From Haloquadratum walsbyi C23 (GTDB lineage: Archaea; Halobacteriota; Halobacteria; Halobacteriales; Haloferacaceae), in contig NC_017459.1 of the NCBI RefSeq assembly GCF_000237865.1, forward strand, positions 2,400,001 through 2,432,000: a stretch of 32,000 nt of DNA, in the 5' to 3' direction. The position numbers and the translations under genes are program-made. Shown in pieces: positions 16,930 to 25,825 of this stretch (the stretch's first letter is position 1; the number at the start of each line of letters is the position of its first letter). Under the pieces are notes generated by a model. It did no database searches. It saw only the letters and a program-made list of their open reading frames with translations, and was not told where the DNA came from.

Positions 16930-18825
16930 CTACGACGAAGGCGAAAGCATCTTAGAATCAATCATCCGGTTATGCCAACGAGCGAAAACATATGCGCTCC
17001 AGAGGAATTTTTCGTGATCAGAATTGCCTGTCTGATGTTCTTCAAGCGCTTTCAATATCGACTGTGTATCTAACAAATCAGTATCCAATCTATGCACAGT
17101 CTCACAAAACTCATCAGCAAGCTCATCTTTGAACCATTCTCCGATGGGCATATCGAACCCTTGCTTGCTCCGCTGAAGAATCGCCTCGGGCAATCGATCC
17201 GCAAACGCATGTTTCAAGATTCTTTTTTGTGTATTCCGGGTAATCTTGAATTCGGTCGGCAACGAGAGAGCATATTCAACGACATTCGTATCAAGAAATG
17301 GAACACGCACCTCAAGTGAATTGTACATGCTTGCAAGATCAGTTTTATGTAAAATCTGGTTTGGAAGACCAAACTGGGTATCGACTGCCAGCATTTGTGA
17401 GAGGTCATCAGTGGCAGCAGTAACAGCTATCGATTGGTTGGAATGTGCTTCATGTAGCCGCTCACGTCCAGCTCTGGCTGAATTATCTGCCTCCAATGGG
17501 GTTAGAGACCCGTCTGTGAGAGTGCGGTTCCATGCAAAGTGTCTATCTACAGTATCTTCTGCACCACCCCGAAGGAATTTCTGTGCCTTTCGGATCAATT
17601 CACCACGCCGTTCCGACCGAGACGCCTCTAATCGATTAATTACTGGGGCAACAATCTTATTTCGGAGTTGTTGAGGTATTTTACGATAGTACTTCGAATA
17701 GTATTCTCCACGATACTTACTGTAGCCTGCAAAGAGTTCGTCTGCACCGTCGCCAGACAATGCGACCTTCACATCGCGGCTTGTCTCTCGTGAGATAACA
17801 TACGCCGGGATCAATGAAGGATCTGCAAACGGTTCTCCGAGTTTATCAACGACTGCTGGAATCGTCTCTCGAACCTCATCTGAGGTAACTGTGAACTCGG
17901 TGTGGTCAGTTTCGTGATACTCGGCGACTTCTTGTGCAGCCCACGATTCGTCGAACAGTGACTGTTCAAACCCAACACTGAATGTTTTCACCGGATCATC
18001 CATTAGATCTGACATTGTACCAACAACGATACTCGAGTCAATGCCTCCACTGAGAAAAGCGCCTAATTCGACATCGCTCATTAAGCGTCGTTCAACAGCA
18101 GTTTCAATCTGTTGTCGAAGTTCAGTGGAAGCTTCCTCAAATGATGGCGATTGTGTTGAGATATTTGGAGTATAAAAATGCTCGTGAGAACGACCGTCCT
18201 CATCGATAATGACGAGTTCACCGGGATTGAGTTTCTGAATATTGGAAAAAATCGTACGTGGCGCTGGGATCTGACCGAAGGCAAAGTATTCGGCTACCGC
18301 TTGCTCACTGATCCCACCGTGGTCAACGGTTGAACTAAGAAGCGGTTGGAGTTCTGAGGCAAAGCTCATAGTCTCCCCATCATCAGCAAGTAAGAGTGGC
18401 TTGATGCCCATTCGGTCACGTGCAAGTAATAATTGTTGTGCATCGACATCCCATAACGCGAACGCAAACATCCCTTTGAGCCGTTCTACAAAGGAGGAGC
18501 CGTACTCTTCATACAGGTGGACAAGCACCTCGGTATCTGTTTCTGTTGTAAACGTATGGTTTGTTTCAATATCTTCCCTCAATTGATTATAATTATAAAT
18601 CTCGCCATTAAAAATAACACATATTGTATGGTTTTCGTTAAAAATTGGCTGCTGTCCTGTCTCAATTCCGACAATACTGAGCCGGCGATGAGCAAAACCG
18701 ACCGCGCCCTCACGGTAATACCCAGACTCGTCTGGACCACGATATTTAATACAATCGTTCATCTGTTCAAGTACACCTGCTGCCGGGAGCGACTGTGTCG
18801 AATAGATGCCTGCAATACCACACAC
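16930..18825 (-). CDS. asnB: asparagine synthase (glutamine-hydrolysing)-like amidotransferase
   Basis: 631 aa. N-terminal MCGIAGIY (Ntn glutaminase Cys after Met removal; the start codon is GTG). The PP-loop SGGIDSS is in the synthetase domain. Confidence 0.9.
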   Translation of the reverse strand: MCGIAGIYSTQSLPAAGVLEQMNDCIKYRGPDESGYYREGAVGFAHRRLSIVGIETGQQPIFNENHTICVIFNGEIYNYNQLREDIETNHTFTTETDTEVLVHLYEEYGSSFVERLKGMFAFALWDVDAQQLLLARDRMGIKPLLLADDGETMSFASELQPLLSSTVDHGGISEQAVAEYFAFGQIPAPRTIFSNIQKLNPGELVIIDEDGRSHEHFYTPNISTQSPSFEEASTELRQQIETAVERRLMSDVELGAFLSGGIDSSIVVGTMSDLMDDPVKTFSVGFEQSLFDESWAAQEVAEYHETDHTEFTVTSDEVRETIPAVVDKLGEPFADPSLIPAYVISRETSRDVKVALSGDGADELFAGYSKYRGEYYSKYYRKIPQQLRNKIVAPVINRLEASRSERRGELIRKAQKFLRGGAEDTVDRHFAWNRTLTDGSLTPLEADNSARAGRERLHEAHSNQSIAVTAATDDLSQMLAVDTQFGLPNQILHKTDLASMYNSLEVRVPFLDTNVVEYALSLPTEFKITRNTQKRILKHAFADRLPEAILQRSKQGFDMPIGEWFKDELADEFCETVHRLDTDLLDTQSILKALEEHQTGNSDHEKFLWSAYVFARWHNRMIDSKMLSPSS

Positions 18826-18884
18826 TGATTTATTCAGGTTTCATGACTACTAATAAATAAACGTACGTAATCAATAACATCACT

Positions 18885-20463
18885 GTAGTTGGATAGCAGC
18901 TCCATGCCAAGACGATTTCGTAGCAGTCTCATAGATCGTTCATCAATACGGAACTACTGTGTCGCTGAGGAGTCGCGGATCAACGGAATCGACAGATTCC
19001 GTGATCCGCACCGATGATAGTTCGCTACTCCGCCAGCAGCTGGTAATCAAAGAGCTTGAGAACCGGTTTCTACGCCGCCAGATCACTACACAACAACAGG
19101 AGATCGAACAGCTTGAGGCTCGCCTCAAGCAGTACGAAAACCCAAACACACCACCCAGTAAGCAGGGTGGTGCGGCTAAATCACCTGGTAGAGACGATCA
19201 AGACGGGGATGAAGACGAAGAATCTGAAGAAGATGATGCTGGCGGCGACCCTGACGCCGCCAGCGACTCTTCACCAGGACGGAGTGAAGGTCACGAAGGG
19301 ACAACTCGACCGCCACCAGAACCCGAAGAGACGATTCGGGTTGATCAGGGATACTGTCCAGACTGTGAGCAAATCCTCTCGAACCCTGAGAACTACGTCT
19401 CACAAACTGTTATCGATGTCCCGCTTCCTGTTCCAACCACCGTCGTAAAGTACGAACTCGGTAAACACCACTGTTCGTGCGGAAACGAGGTCGTTGCTGA
19501 GCATCCCGACTGCCCAAAAAAGGGGCGGTTTGGGCCAAATATCATGGCCCAAACCGCTCTCAGTCGGTTCCATCAACGACTGCCAAACCGGAAGCAAGCC
19601 GAGCTATTTGACTGGGAGCTTGATCATCCAGTCTCCCACCGGACGATCTACAACCTGACCAAGCGGGTCGCAGACCGGCTGCGACCCGCATACAACGATA
19701 TCAAAGAGAAGATTCGGGAGAGTAATGTCGTCTACTGCGACGAAACAGGCTTTCCGGTTGACGGAGAGCAACACTGGGCGTGGACGTTCGTCACTGATGA
19801 CGAGGTGCTGTTCTGGGTTGATGAGAGCCGTGGAAGTGGAGTCTTAGAAGACGTCCTCGGCGAGGAATTCGCCGAGGACTCGACGCTCAGTTGTGACGGT
19901 TGGTCAGCGTATTCGAGTTATCACACGAAACTTCAGCGGTGCTGGGCGCACCTGTCACGGGAGGCTGAGTACGTCGCTGAACGGTACGAGGAAGCAGAGC
20001 GGCTGTCTGAAGAGTTGCATGCACTCCACGACGATCTAACGACGTTCGTCGAAGGAGAGCCGTCGGCTTCCGCCCGCGAACAGAAGCGGGCGGAAGCGTC
20101 CTTGCACTTAGAGGGGCTGATTAGGGAAGATTACGAGGTCCGAGAGGTTCAGCAGCTGATCAAGAAGATCAGCAACGGGTTGGGTCATTGGCTGACGTTC
20201 ATGACTGAGCCAGGCGTTGACTCGACGAATAATCGCGCAGAGCGGGCTCTGCGCGAGCAAGTAGTCCTTCGGAAGATGTTTCGGACCCTCCGTTCGGCAG
20301 AAGGGGTCCAGATTCACGAGACAATAACAACGATGTTGGCGACGTGGAAACGACGAGGACTTGATCCACCTGAACAGCTCCAGTCAATTCTAGGTGGGAG
20401 AGAGCTTCGGTAAGGACAAGAGGCATCACTGGGCGGTGTCTCTTGGTCTCGCTATCCAACTAC
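18885..20463 (+). mobile_element. complete IS66-family insertion sequence (1579 bp) with an 8-bp target-site duplication
   Basis: A perfect 13-bp terminal IR GTAGTTGGATAGC (18885-18897) matches the reverse complement of 20451-20463. The direct repeat ACATCACT occurs at 18877-18884 and 20464-20471. An 8-bp duplication is typical of IS66. Confidence 0.85.
18959..20413 (+). CDS. IS66-family transposase
   Basis: 484 aa. N-terminal coiled-coil/leucine-zipper-like region, Zn-finger-like CPDCEQ...HCSCGN, and DDE block YCDETGFPVDGEQHWAWTF...LSCDGWSAYS...QRCWAHLSREA, characteristic of IS66 TnpC. Confidence 0.9.
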   Translation: MSLRSRGSTESTDSVIRTDDSSLLRQQLVIKELENRFLRRQITTQQQEIEQLEARLKQYENPNTPPSKQGGAAKSPGRDDQDGDEDEESEEDDAGGDPDAASDSSPGRSEGHEGTTRPPPEPEETIRVDQGYCPDCEQILSNPENYVSQTVIDVPLPVPTTVVKYELGKHHCSCGNEVVAEHPDCPKKGRFGPNIMAQTALSRFHQRLPNRKQAELFDWELDHPVSHRTIYNLTKRVADRLRPAYNDIKEKIRESNVVYCDETGFPVDGEQHWAWTFVTDDEVLFWVDESRGSGVLEDVLGEEFAEDSTLSCDGWSAYSSYHTKLQRCWAHLSREAEYVAERYEEAERLSEELHALHDDLTTFVEGEPSASAREQKRAEASLHLEGLIREDYEVREVQQLIKKISNGLGHWLTFMTEPGVDSTNNRAERALREQVVLRKMFRTLRSAEGVQIHETITTMLATWKRRGLDPPEQLQSILGGRELR

Positions 20464-20466
20464 ACA

Positions 20467-21831
20467 TCACTCAAGATATCCAAGCTCCTTCAGATGTTCC
20501 TCAATCATTTCTTCGTCCTCAACTGCTTCACGCTTTTTATTTCTGTCTTTATCCATCGCGTCTAAATGGGCATCTACAGCATTGGTTAATGATTGATACA
20601 CGTCAGATTCATTCTCTTGCTTGTCTTTAGATGGATCTTCTATGGGATTTGAATCTAGATCAAGCAATAGCTCACCGTCCTCATGATGACGCAGTAGCTT
20701 CCAATTGTCAGCACGTCGTACTGCAACAAGATTTCTATTTAACTCAGCTCCAACGTCAATAAACACAAACTCACGTTCAGGGTTAACCACATTTGCAGAC
20801 GGATAGATGTTTTTCCCGACCCACTCGGTTGGTGTATCAATCCCTGCGAGAGCTAGTATTGTTGGCGGGAGATCAACCAGACTAATCTGATCAGTTATTT
20901 TTGCATCTTTATTATCGGGTGCTGAAATAGCGCAAGGAACATGTATTACCTCTTCCCAAAACCGTTGTGGGTGTCCACCCAGCCCGTGTTCCCCGTGCAT
21001 TTCACCGTGATCTGCAGTGAATATGATAAGTGTATTATCATCTACTTTCTGACATATATATGTGAATAAGTCACCGAGCTTATCATCTAAATACGCACAT
21101 TCAGACTTATATAACCGTTGTTGCATTTTCCACTCTGATTCGTTGAGATCTTCAGGATGGTGAACCGCTTTCTGTGCGATTTTTTGTGAGTGGCGTCTAG
21201 AGATGGGTTCATCCAAATATTGGACCTGATATGTATCAGGTGCTTCGTATGGCGCATGTGTGTCCATTGGGTGGAGCCACGCAAACCACTCGGTACTCTG
21301 ATCCTGAATCCACTGCTTAAGTTGAGAGATAAGTGACTCAGCACGCACAAATCGTGTCTCTCTCCCGCGTAAATTCACAATAATATCATCTGTCAAATGA
21401 TAGCCCTTGAGAAGAGACTGATACAAGATGCCGTCATGATCTAAGCGTTCTCGAACGATTTGCTTGAGCTGCTTATCAGATGAGGTCGCCCCAGCGTCAA
21501 ACATTGAGTCCATCCCACGGTCATAATTATACTCACTGCTGGCGAAGCGATTATCGGTGAAACCAGCAGTTACATACCCTTTCTTTTGAAGTACCTCTGC
21601 AAGAGTTGGTCGTGGATCGTTTGCGCAGGGAATCCCGAAGCCCTCGGTTGAGGCTGAGTATCGCCCTCCCAATAGAGCGGGAAATGACCACGGTGTCCCA
21701 GGTCCATTCGCATAGCACCGCACATATTCCACTCCTTGATTAATGAACTCACTTGTTGCAGGCATCAGACTTGGAGTTACATGATCTGCACGCAGAGCAT
21801 CAACGGTGATATAGAGAATGTTCATGAGCAA
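20467..21831 (-). CDS. sulfatase-superfamily (alkaline-phosphatase fold) enzyme with Thr at the nucleophile position
   Basis: 454 aa. The N-terminal ILYITVDALRADH metal-binding block and FTADHGEMHGEHG are present. The canonical C/S-x-P-x-R position reads T46-P-W-S-F (21696-21682). Confidence 0.85.
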   Translation of the reverse strand: MLMNILYITVDALRADHVTPSLMPATSEFINQGVEYVRCYANGPGTPWSFPALLGGRYSASTEGFGIPCANDPRPTLAEVLQKKGYVTAGFTDNRFASSEYNYDRGMDSMFDAGATSSDKQLKQIVRERLDHDGILYQSLLKGYHLTDDIIVNLRGRETRFVRAESLISQLKQWIQDQSTEWFAWLHPMDTHAPYEAPDTYQVQYLDEPISRRHSQKIAQKAVHHPEDLNESEWKMQQRLYKSECAYLDDKLGDLFTYICQKVDDNTLIIFTADHGEMHGEHGLGGHPQRFWEEVIHVPCAISAPDNKDAKITDQISLVDLPPTILALAGIDTPTEWVGKNIYPSANVVNPEREFVFIDVGAELNRNLVAVRRADNWKLLRHHEDGELLLDLDSNPIEDPSKDKQENESDVYQSLTNAVDAHLDAMDKDRNKKREAVEDEEMIEEHLKELGYLE

Positions 21832-21932
21832 TCTCTAATTTAGGACATATAAAATCCTGTTTGTTGTGATGTTGGTTGCGATCTAGAATCGAGTCATGAG
21901 AATTTTGTATGCTGGTGCCACAGTAGTTATCA

Positions 21933-23009
21933 ATGCCAGCCAATCATGCAATACAACTGACATACCTGATTACTGGGCTTCAGTATGGTGGTGCGAACAT
22001 CGGGATGGTTCGCCTACTTAATGGGCTAGATCCAGAGCGATACGATATTACCGTCATTTCAGTTGTTGAGACACCAGATGATATCGTTTCCTTACTTCCT
22101 GAATCTGCTACTCTTTATCGATTACATATCTCACAACCGACCGAGATCCACCGGATAATAAAATTGTTTCAGTTACTGCGTGGCACCCATGTGTTGGTGT
22201 GTTCACTCTTCCATGCAAGTGCCGTTGGTGTTCCAATTGGACGGTTATTGCGTATCCCCAAAGTCTTGATCTGGCAGCATAGTATCAGATTCAAGTCAAA
22301 GGTGCGTCAAGGGGTGTATCGCGTACTTTATCAATTAAGCGATCAGGTTTTAGCAGATTCAGATGCAGTATCGGTCATGATTTCAGAGAAATTTGGGATT
22401 TCCAGTCATAATATTTCTCAGCTGCCGATTGCTGGTATTGATACAAAAGAATACGGTCCAAAGTGTTTTGACTCTAATATTGAAGAGCAGTTGAAAATTG
22501 GTACGATAGCTCGGCTCGTTGAAGAAAAGGGTGTTTTTGATGTAATATCTTGTGCAGAATCTCTTGGGAATCAGTTTCAATTCGAAGTTATTGGTGAAGG
22601 GGAGCAACGCCCTGAACTCACCAACCAAGCTCCAGCGAACGTAACATTTCATGGTGCAGTTGATAATGATTCAATCCCGAATTATTTATCGAATTTTGAT
22701 ATTTATTTCCAACCATCGAAACATGAAGGACTGTGTATGACGGCAATCGAAGCAATGGCTTGTGGGCTCCCAGTTGTCGCCAGCAGTGTCGGCGGCATCA
22801 CGGAATCTGTTGTCCCTGGCGAAACAGGCTATTTATGCGAGGCAGGCGATATTGAATGCTTTTGCAATCGACTCCAACAGCTTAGAGCAGATCCCGATTT
22901 GAGAAATGAGATGGGGGCTGCTGGCCGACACCGAGTTCAAGCTCGGTATTCACAAGCAGTGCTAGTTGATCGGTTTGAGCAGGTACTCATGAAAACCAAA
23001 ACTGTATAA
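21933..23009 (+). CDS. glycosyltransferase, family 4 (GT-B fold)
   Basis: 358 aa. The C-terminal FQPSKHEGLCMTAIEAMACGLPVVASSVGGITESV is an EX7E-type Glycos_transf_1 signature. Confidence 0.85.
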   Translation: MPANHAIQLTYLITGLQYGGANIGMVRLLNGLDPERYDITVISVVETPDDIVSLLPESATLYRLHISQPTEIHRIIKLFQLLRGTHVLVCSLFHASAVGVPIGRLLRIPKVLIWQHSIRFKSKVRQGVYRVLYQLSDQVLADSDAVSVMISEKFGISSHNISQLPIAGIDTKEYGPKCFDSNIEEQLKIGTIARLVEEKGVFDVISCAESLGNQFQFEVIGEGEQRPELTNQAPANVTFHGAVDNDSIPNYLSNFDIYFQPSKHEGLCMTAIEAMACGLPVVASSVGGITESVVPGETGYLCEAGDIECFCNRLQQLRADPDLRNEMGAAGRHRVQARYSQAVLVDRFEQVLMKTKTV

Positions 23010-23027
23010 TCTGGACACGCTCAATAT

Positions 23028-24284
23028 ATGAGTATGGTCCTTGGATGGATCGTTGCATCTGTATTTGTCATTCTGCTTAGTGGGATGTTGGCAGGCTATC
23101 TCACACGCTGTCAAGCCCCACACAATCTTTGGCGACTCGCATTCGGTGCATTTAGTCTCCGAATTGGATATGTGTTTTTCGACAGTATCGTTGGCTTCTA
23201 CTCTGGTGGTGGCGACGAAAGCGGATATGAAACCACTATTTGGTTTGTCGCACAGCAGTGGCAATCTGGTGTGCTGTTTGCACCATTACAGTATGGACTT
23301 GCACCTGGTAATACTGCAAACTATATGCTTCTCTATACGACTCTCTTCTCACCGGCGTATGCTTTCTTCGGACGTATACAACTGCTCCCCCGACTACAGA
23401 TGGCTCTCATCGGCTCCTTTGTAGTGGTTAATGTGTATCTGATTGCGAATCTGCTGTGGGATCATCAGGCTGGCATGATTGCAGGAGGGATTACTATGAT
23501 TTTTCCGTATTGGGTTGTTTTAAGTGGTATTCTGTACCGAGATATGCTTATTATCTTTTTCCTCTCAGCTGTGGTGTATTTCACTGTTCGATGGCAGTCC
23601 GGCGAACACACACGCCGTCTATTGCTCTTAGTTGTGGTGACAACGGTATCGGCAGTTAGCCTCCGACTCCAGAATCTGTTTGTGATCGGCGCATTGTTTG
23701 CCACGGCAGCTCTACTCTTCATTGGTCGTGATGTACGGGGATTGGTTACATCGACTGCTGTTGGGATATTATTTGTTGGGCTTATGTACGCTCGATTTGG
23801 TAAAGAAATCCTTCTCAGTGAGCTGGCGGGGCGGCGGTCTTGGCTCGCTCGCTCTGCACCGGGGAGCTATCTCACCGGATTGACGTATGAATCGCTGTAC
23901 GAATTATTCGTGTTTGCTCCAATCGGTGCTCTTCACTTTGCGTTGGTTCCGTTTCCATGGCATGTAGTTAATTTGCTCTCGACGATTGCATTCCTGCAGA
24001 ATCTGGTATTATGGTATCCTGTTGTGATATGTGCCCTCTTTGGATTCCGAGATGTACTTACTCGGCAACGTGGCTCGGAGCTTGTGTTACCGCTGATCGT
24101 ATTCAGCCTTGCTGGGTTACTTGGATATGGTCTCGTAGAAGGAAATGTCGGTCCAGCAATGCGTCATCGCTCTCAGTTTCAATTTGTTTTTTTTATTTTA
24201 GCAGGCGTTGCTGTTTCACGTCGGCTTTCAGTCAAACTTTCTGATAGGTGTGTAACCAGTTCAGATGAGATTCGCAATACATAA
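23028..24284 (+). CDS. polytopic membrane protein, candidate GT-C-type glycosyltransferase or glycan polymerase
   Basis: 418 aa with about 10 hydrophobic segments. The first predicted external loop carries GGGDESGYE, reminiscent of the DE..Y loop of ArnT/PMT_2-type GT-C enzymes. The gene sits in a glycan locus. The functional call is inference. Confidence 0.45.
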   Translation: MSMVLGWIVASVFVILLSGMLAGYLTRCQAPHNLWRLAFGAFSLRIGYVFFDSIVGFYSGGGDESGYETTIWFVAQQWQSGVLFAPLQYGLAPGNTANYMLLYTTLFSPAYAFFGRIQLLPRLQMALIGSFVVVNVYLIANLLWDHQAGMIAGGITMIFPYWVVLSGILYRDMLIIFFLSAVVYFTVRWQSGEHTRRLLLLVVVTTVSAVSLRLQNLFVIGALFATAALLFIGRDVRGLVTSTAVGILFVGLMYARFGKEILLSELAGRRSWLARSAPGSYLTGLTYESLYELFVFAPIGALHFALVPFPWHVVNLLSTIAFLQNLVLWYPVVICALFGFRDVLTRQRGSELVLPLIVFSLAGLLGYGLVEGNVGPAMRHRSQFQFVFFILAGVAVSRRLSVKLSDRCVTSSDEIRNT

Positions 24285-24309
24285 TTCTATGATTAGCTTA
24301 TTATTTATA

Positions 24310-24576
24310 TCATAGGCTTTGTGATCGCTCAGTAACAACATTATTTTGAATCTCTCGGCTTGATTTATTAGTCAACTCAGAAGTGATCTGCCGTCGATTG
24401 CCTGTATTAATTTCCAGCCAAGGAATACGTATTACTGGTTCGTCGTACATCCCACGCGGATGACCACATTCTTTGATTGGAATCGGTGATGCATGTTCCC
24501 CAATATGGTTACCATGGTCTCCTGTAACCACTATTTTACCAAAATTATTTGTAAGTAGCTCCTCAATAGAGCCTAT
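24310..24576 (-). pseudogene. sulfatase-like gene, C-terminal fragment (cut by the IS4-type element)
   Basis: The translation ...IIGSIEELLTNNFGKIVVTGDHGNHIGEHASP...VIRIPW parallels LGDLFTYI...LIIFTADHGEMHGEHG...VIHVPC of the intact paralog at 20467-21831. The first about 30 codons of track ORF 24310..24666 are IS-derived read-through. Confidence 0.7.
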
Positions 24577-25598
24577 TATAGAAACCATCTCATAGCTTGA
24601 GCTTCTCGCGGCCAGGGTCGTCTCCCCCGCTCGAAGTTGGTGATTGCAACGACGAGACGGAGACACAGCGCAAGGAACACTTCTGTTCGTGCGTGGACGC
24701 GGCCTCGGGCGCGGACGTGCCCGAGACCGCAGTCCTTGACCGCATCGTTGGTTCGTTCGACTCCTGTCCGGTTATTGTACGTCTCATCTAAGATGGATTG
24801 CTTGAGCTGAACCCCCTCGCTGTGTTCTTCGATACGGTCTTCGACTCTGTACTCGATGTCTTTCGGGTCGGTAGTGTTTCGTGGATTGTACGGGGCGACT
24901 GGCACGACACCTGCGGTCAGCAGGTGGTCGTGCCAGTCGAGGATATCGTAGGCGCTGTCTCCGAGCATCCAGATTGGTGTATCGACGGCGAGCGCGTCAC
25001 GTGTGACGCGCATCGCCGTCTCCTGATCCGCTTGTTTAGCCTGTGTGAACTCCGCTGCTATCGGGATCTTTGCGCCGGTTGAGACGAGTGTACAGCCGAA
25101 GCCGTAGTAGTACTCCTCGGCTGTTGGGTCGTAGTTCCACGAGGCGGCGTCGTTGTGCTGGATCGCTTCGACATGAGTTGAATCGATGGAGTACGTGGAG
25201 TCGAGCAGGCCGCGGGCGGCGGCCTGCTCGATGAGTCTGTCGAAAACATCGTCAACGACGTGTTCGAGATCAGTGAGAAACCGATCAATAGTGTCTCTGG
25301 ACGGCGGTTTGTCGAGTCCGCAGTAGTACCAGACAAGGCTATGCTGGAGTTCTCGTGTGATCGGACAAGTGCCGTAGACATCCACGTAGTAACAGTGTAG
25401 AAAGCCGCAAAAGAGGTCTGGTGGTTTGTGAACTCGCGTTCGCCCCCGCTCGCCGGGGGCGAACACTTCGTACTCCAGTAGAAACTCGAAGTCGAGATGC
25501 TCAAACAGCGGAACCGTCTCGGTAGCCGTTGCATTCAAGAACTCGTCGACCGAAACTTCGTTTCGTAGGGCTTTGGAGCTTGTAGACACTGTCTCCAA
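24576..25598 (-). CDS. IS4-family DDE transposase
   Basis: 340 aa. DDE blocks YSIDSTHV and WMLGDSAYD, plus a Y-(2)-R-(3)-E-(6)-K signature (YNNRTGVERTNDAVK). Confidence 0.9.
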   Translation of the reverse strand: METVSTSSKALRNEVSVDEFLNATATETVPLFEHLDFEFLLEYEVFAPGERGRTRVHKPPDLFCGFLHCYYVDVYGTCPITRELQHSLVWYYCGLDKPPSRDTIDRFLTDLEHVVDDVFDRLIEQAAARGLLDSTYSIDSTHVEAIQHNDAASWNYDPTAEEYYYGFGCTLVSTGAKIPIAAEFTQAKQADQETAMRVTRDALAVDTPIWMLGDSAYDILDWHDHLLTAGVVPVAPYNPRNTTDPKDIEYRVEDRIEEHSEGVQLKQSILDETYNNRTGVERTNDAVKDCGLGHVRARGRVHARTEVFLALCLRLVVAITNFERGRRPWPREAQAMRWFL

Positions 25599-25630
25599 AC
25601 CCTGCTGCTTCGCATGTGAGGCTTTCTATA
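24577..25630 (-). mobile_element. IS4-family insertion sequence (about 1.05 kb)
   Basis: The imperfect terminal IR TATAGAAACCATCTCAT (24577-) matches the reverse complement of the right end TATAGAAAGCCTCACAT (-25630) at 14 of 17 positions. The outermost TATA could be a 4-bp duplication instead of part of the IR, since it is palindromic and therefore ambiguous. Confidence 0.75.
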
Positions 25631-25825
25631 ACAGGCTCCCTCAATATATAATTACATATTTGAGATTGTCCGTGTATATTAACAATAGTTTCTCCTGAGG
25701 GAGATTAAGTTCGCACTTAAATTTTTGATTGCAAATGGTTTCTCCTGATGGGTCTCCGCCTTTGTTATCCATTTGATGGAGGTGCTTCTTATCGGCCTCC
25801 GTTTTGGCGGGAACAAACGGATAGT
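25631..25825 (-). pseudogene. sulfatase-like gene, middle fragment (between the IS4-type and ISH3-type insertions)
   Basis: The minus-strand frame reads PFVPAKTEADKKHLHQMDNKGGDPSGETICNQKFKCELNLPQEKLLLIYTDNLKYVIIY*. It continues in frame from fragment 27293-27590 once the ISH3 element and one ATAGT copy are removed. A premature TGA lies at 25643-25641, and there is a 1-nt frame offset relative to the C-terminal fragment. Confidence 0.6.

Noticed and set aside
24310-24666. 118-aa ORF taken as an intact small gene
   Set aside because: Its first about 30 codons lie inside the IS4-type element (read-through from the IS end). Only 24310-24576 is genuine coding remnant of the sulfatase-like gene.
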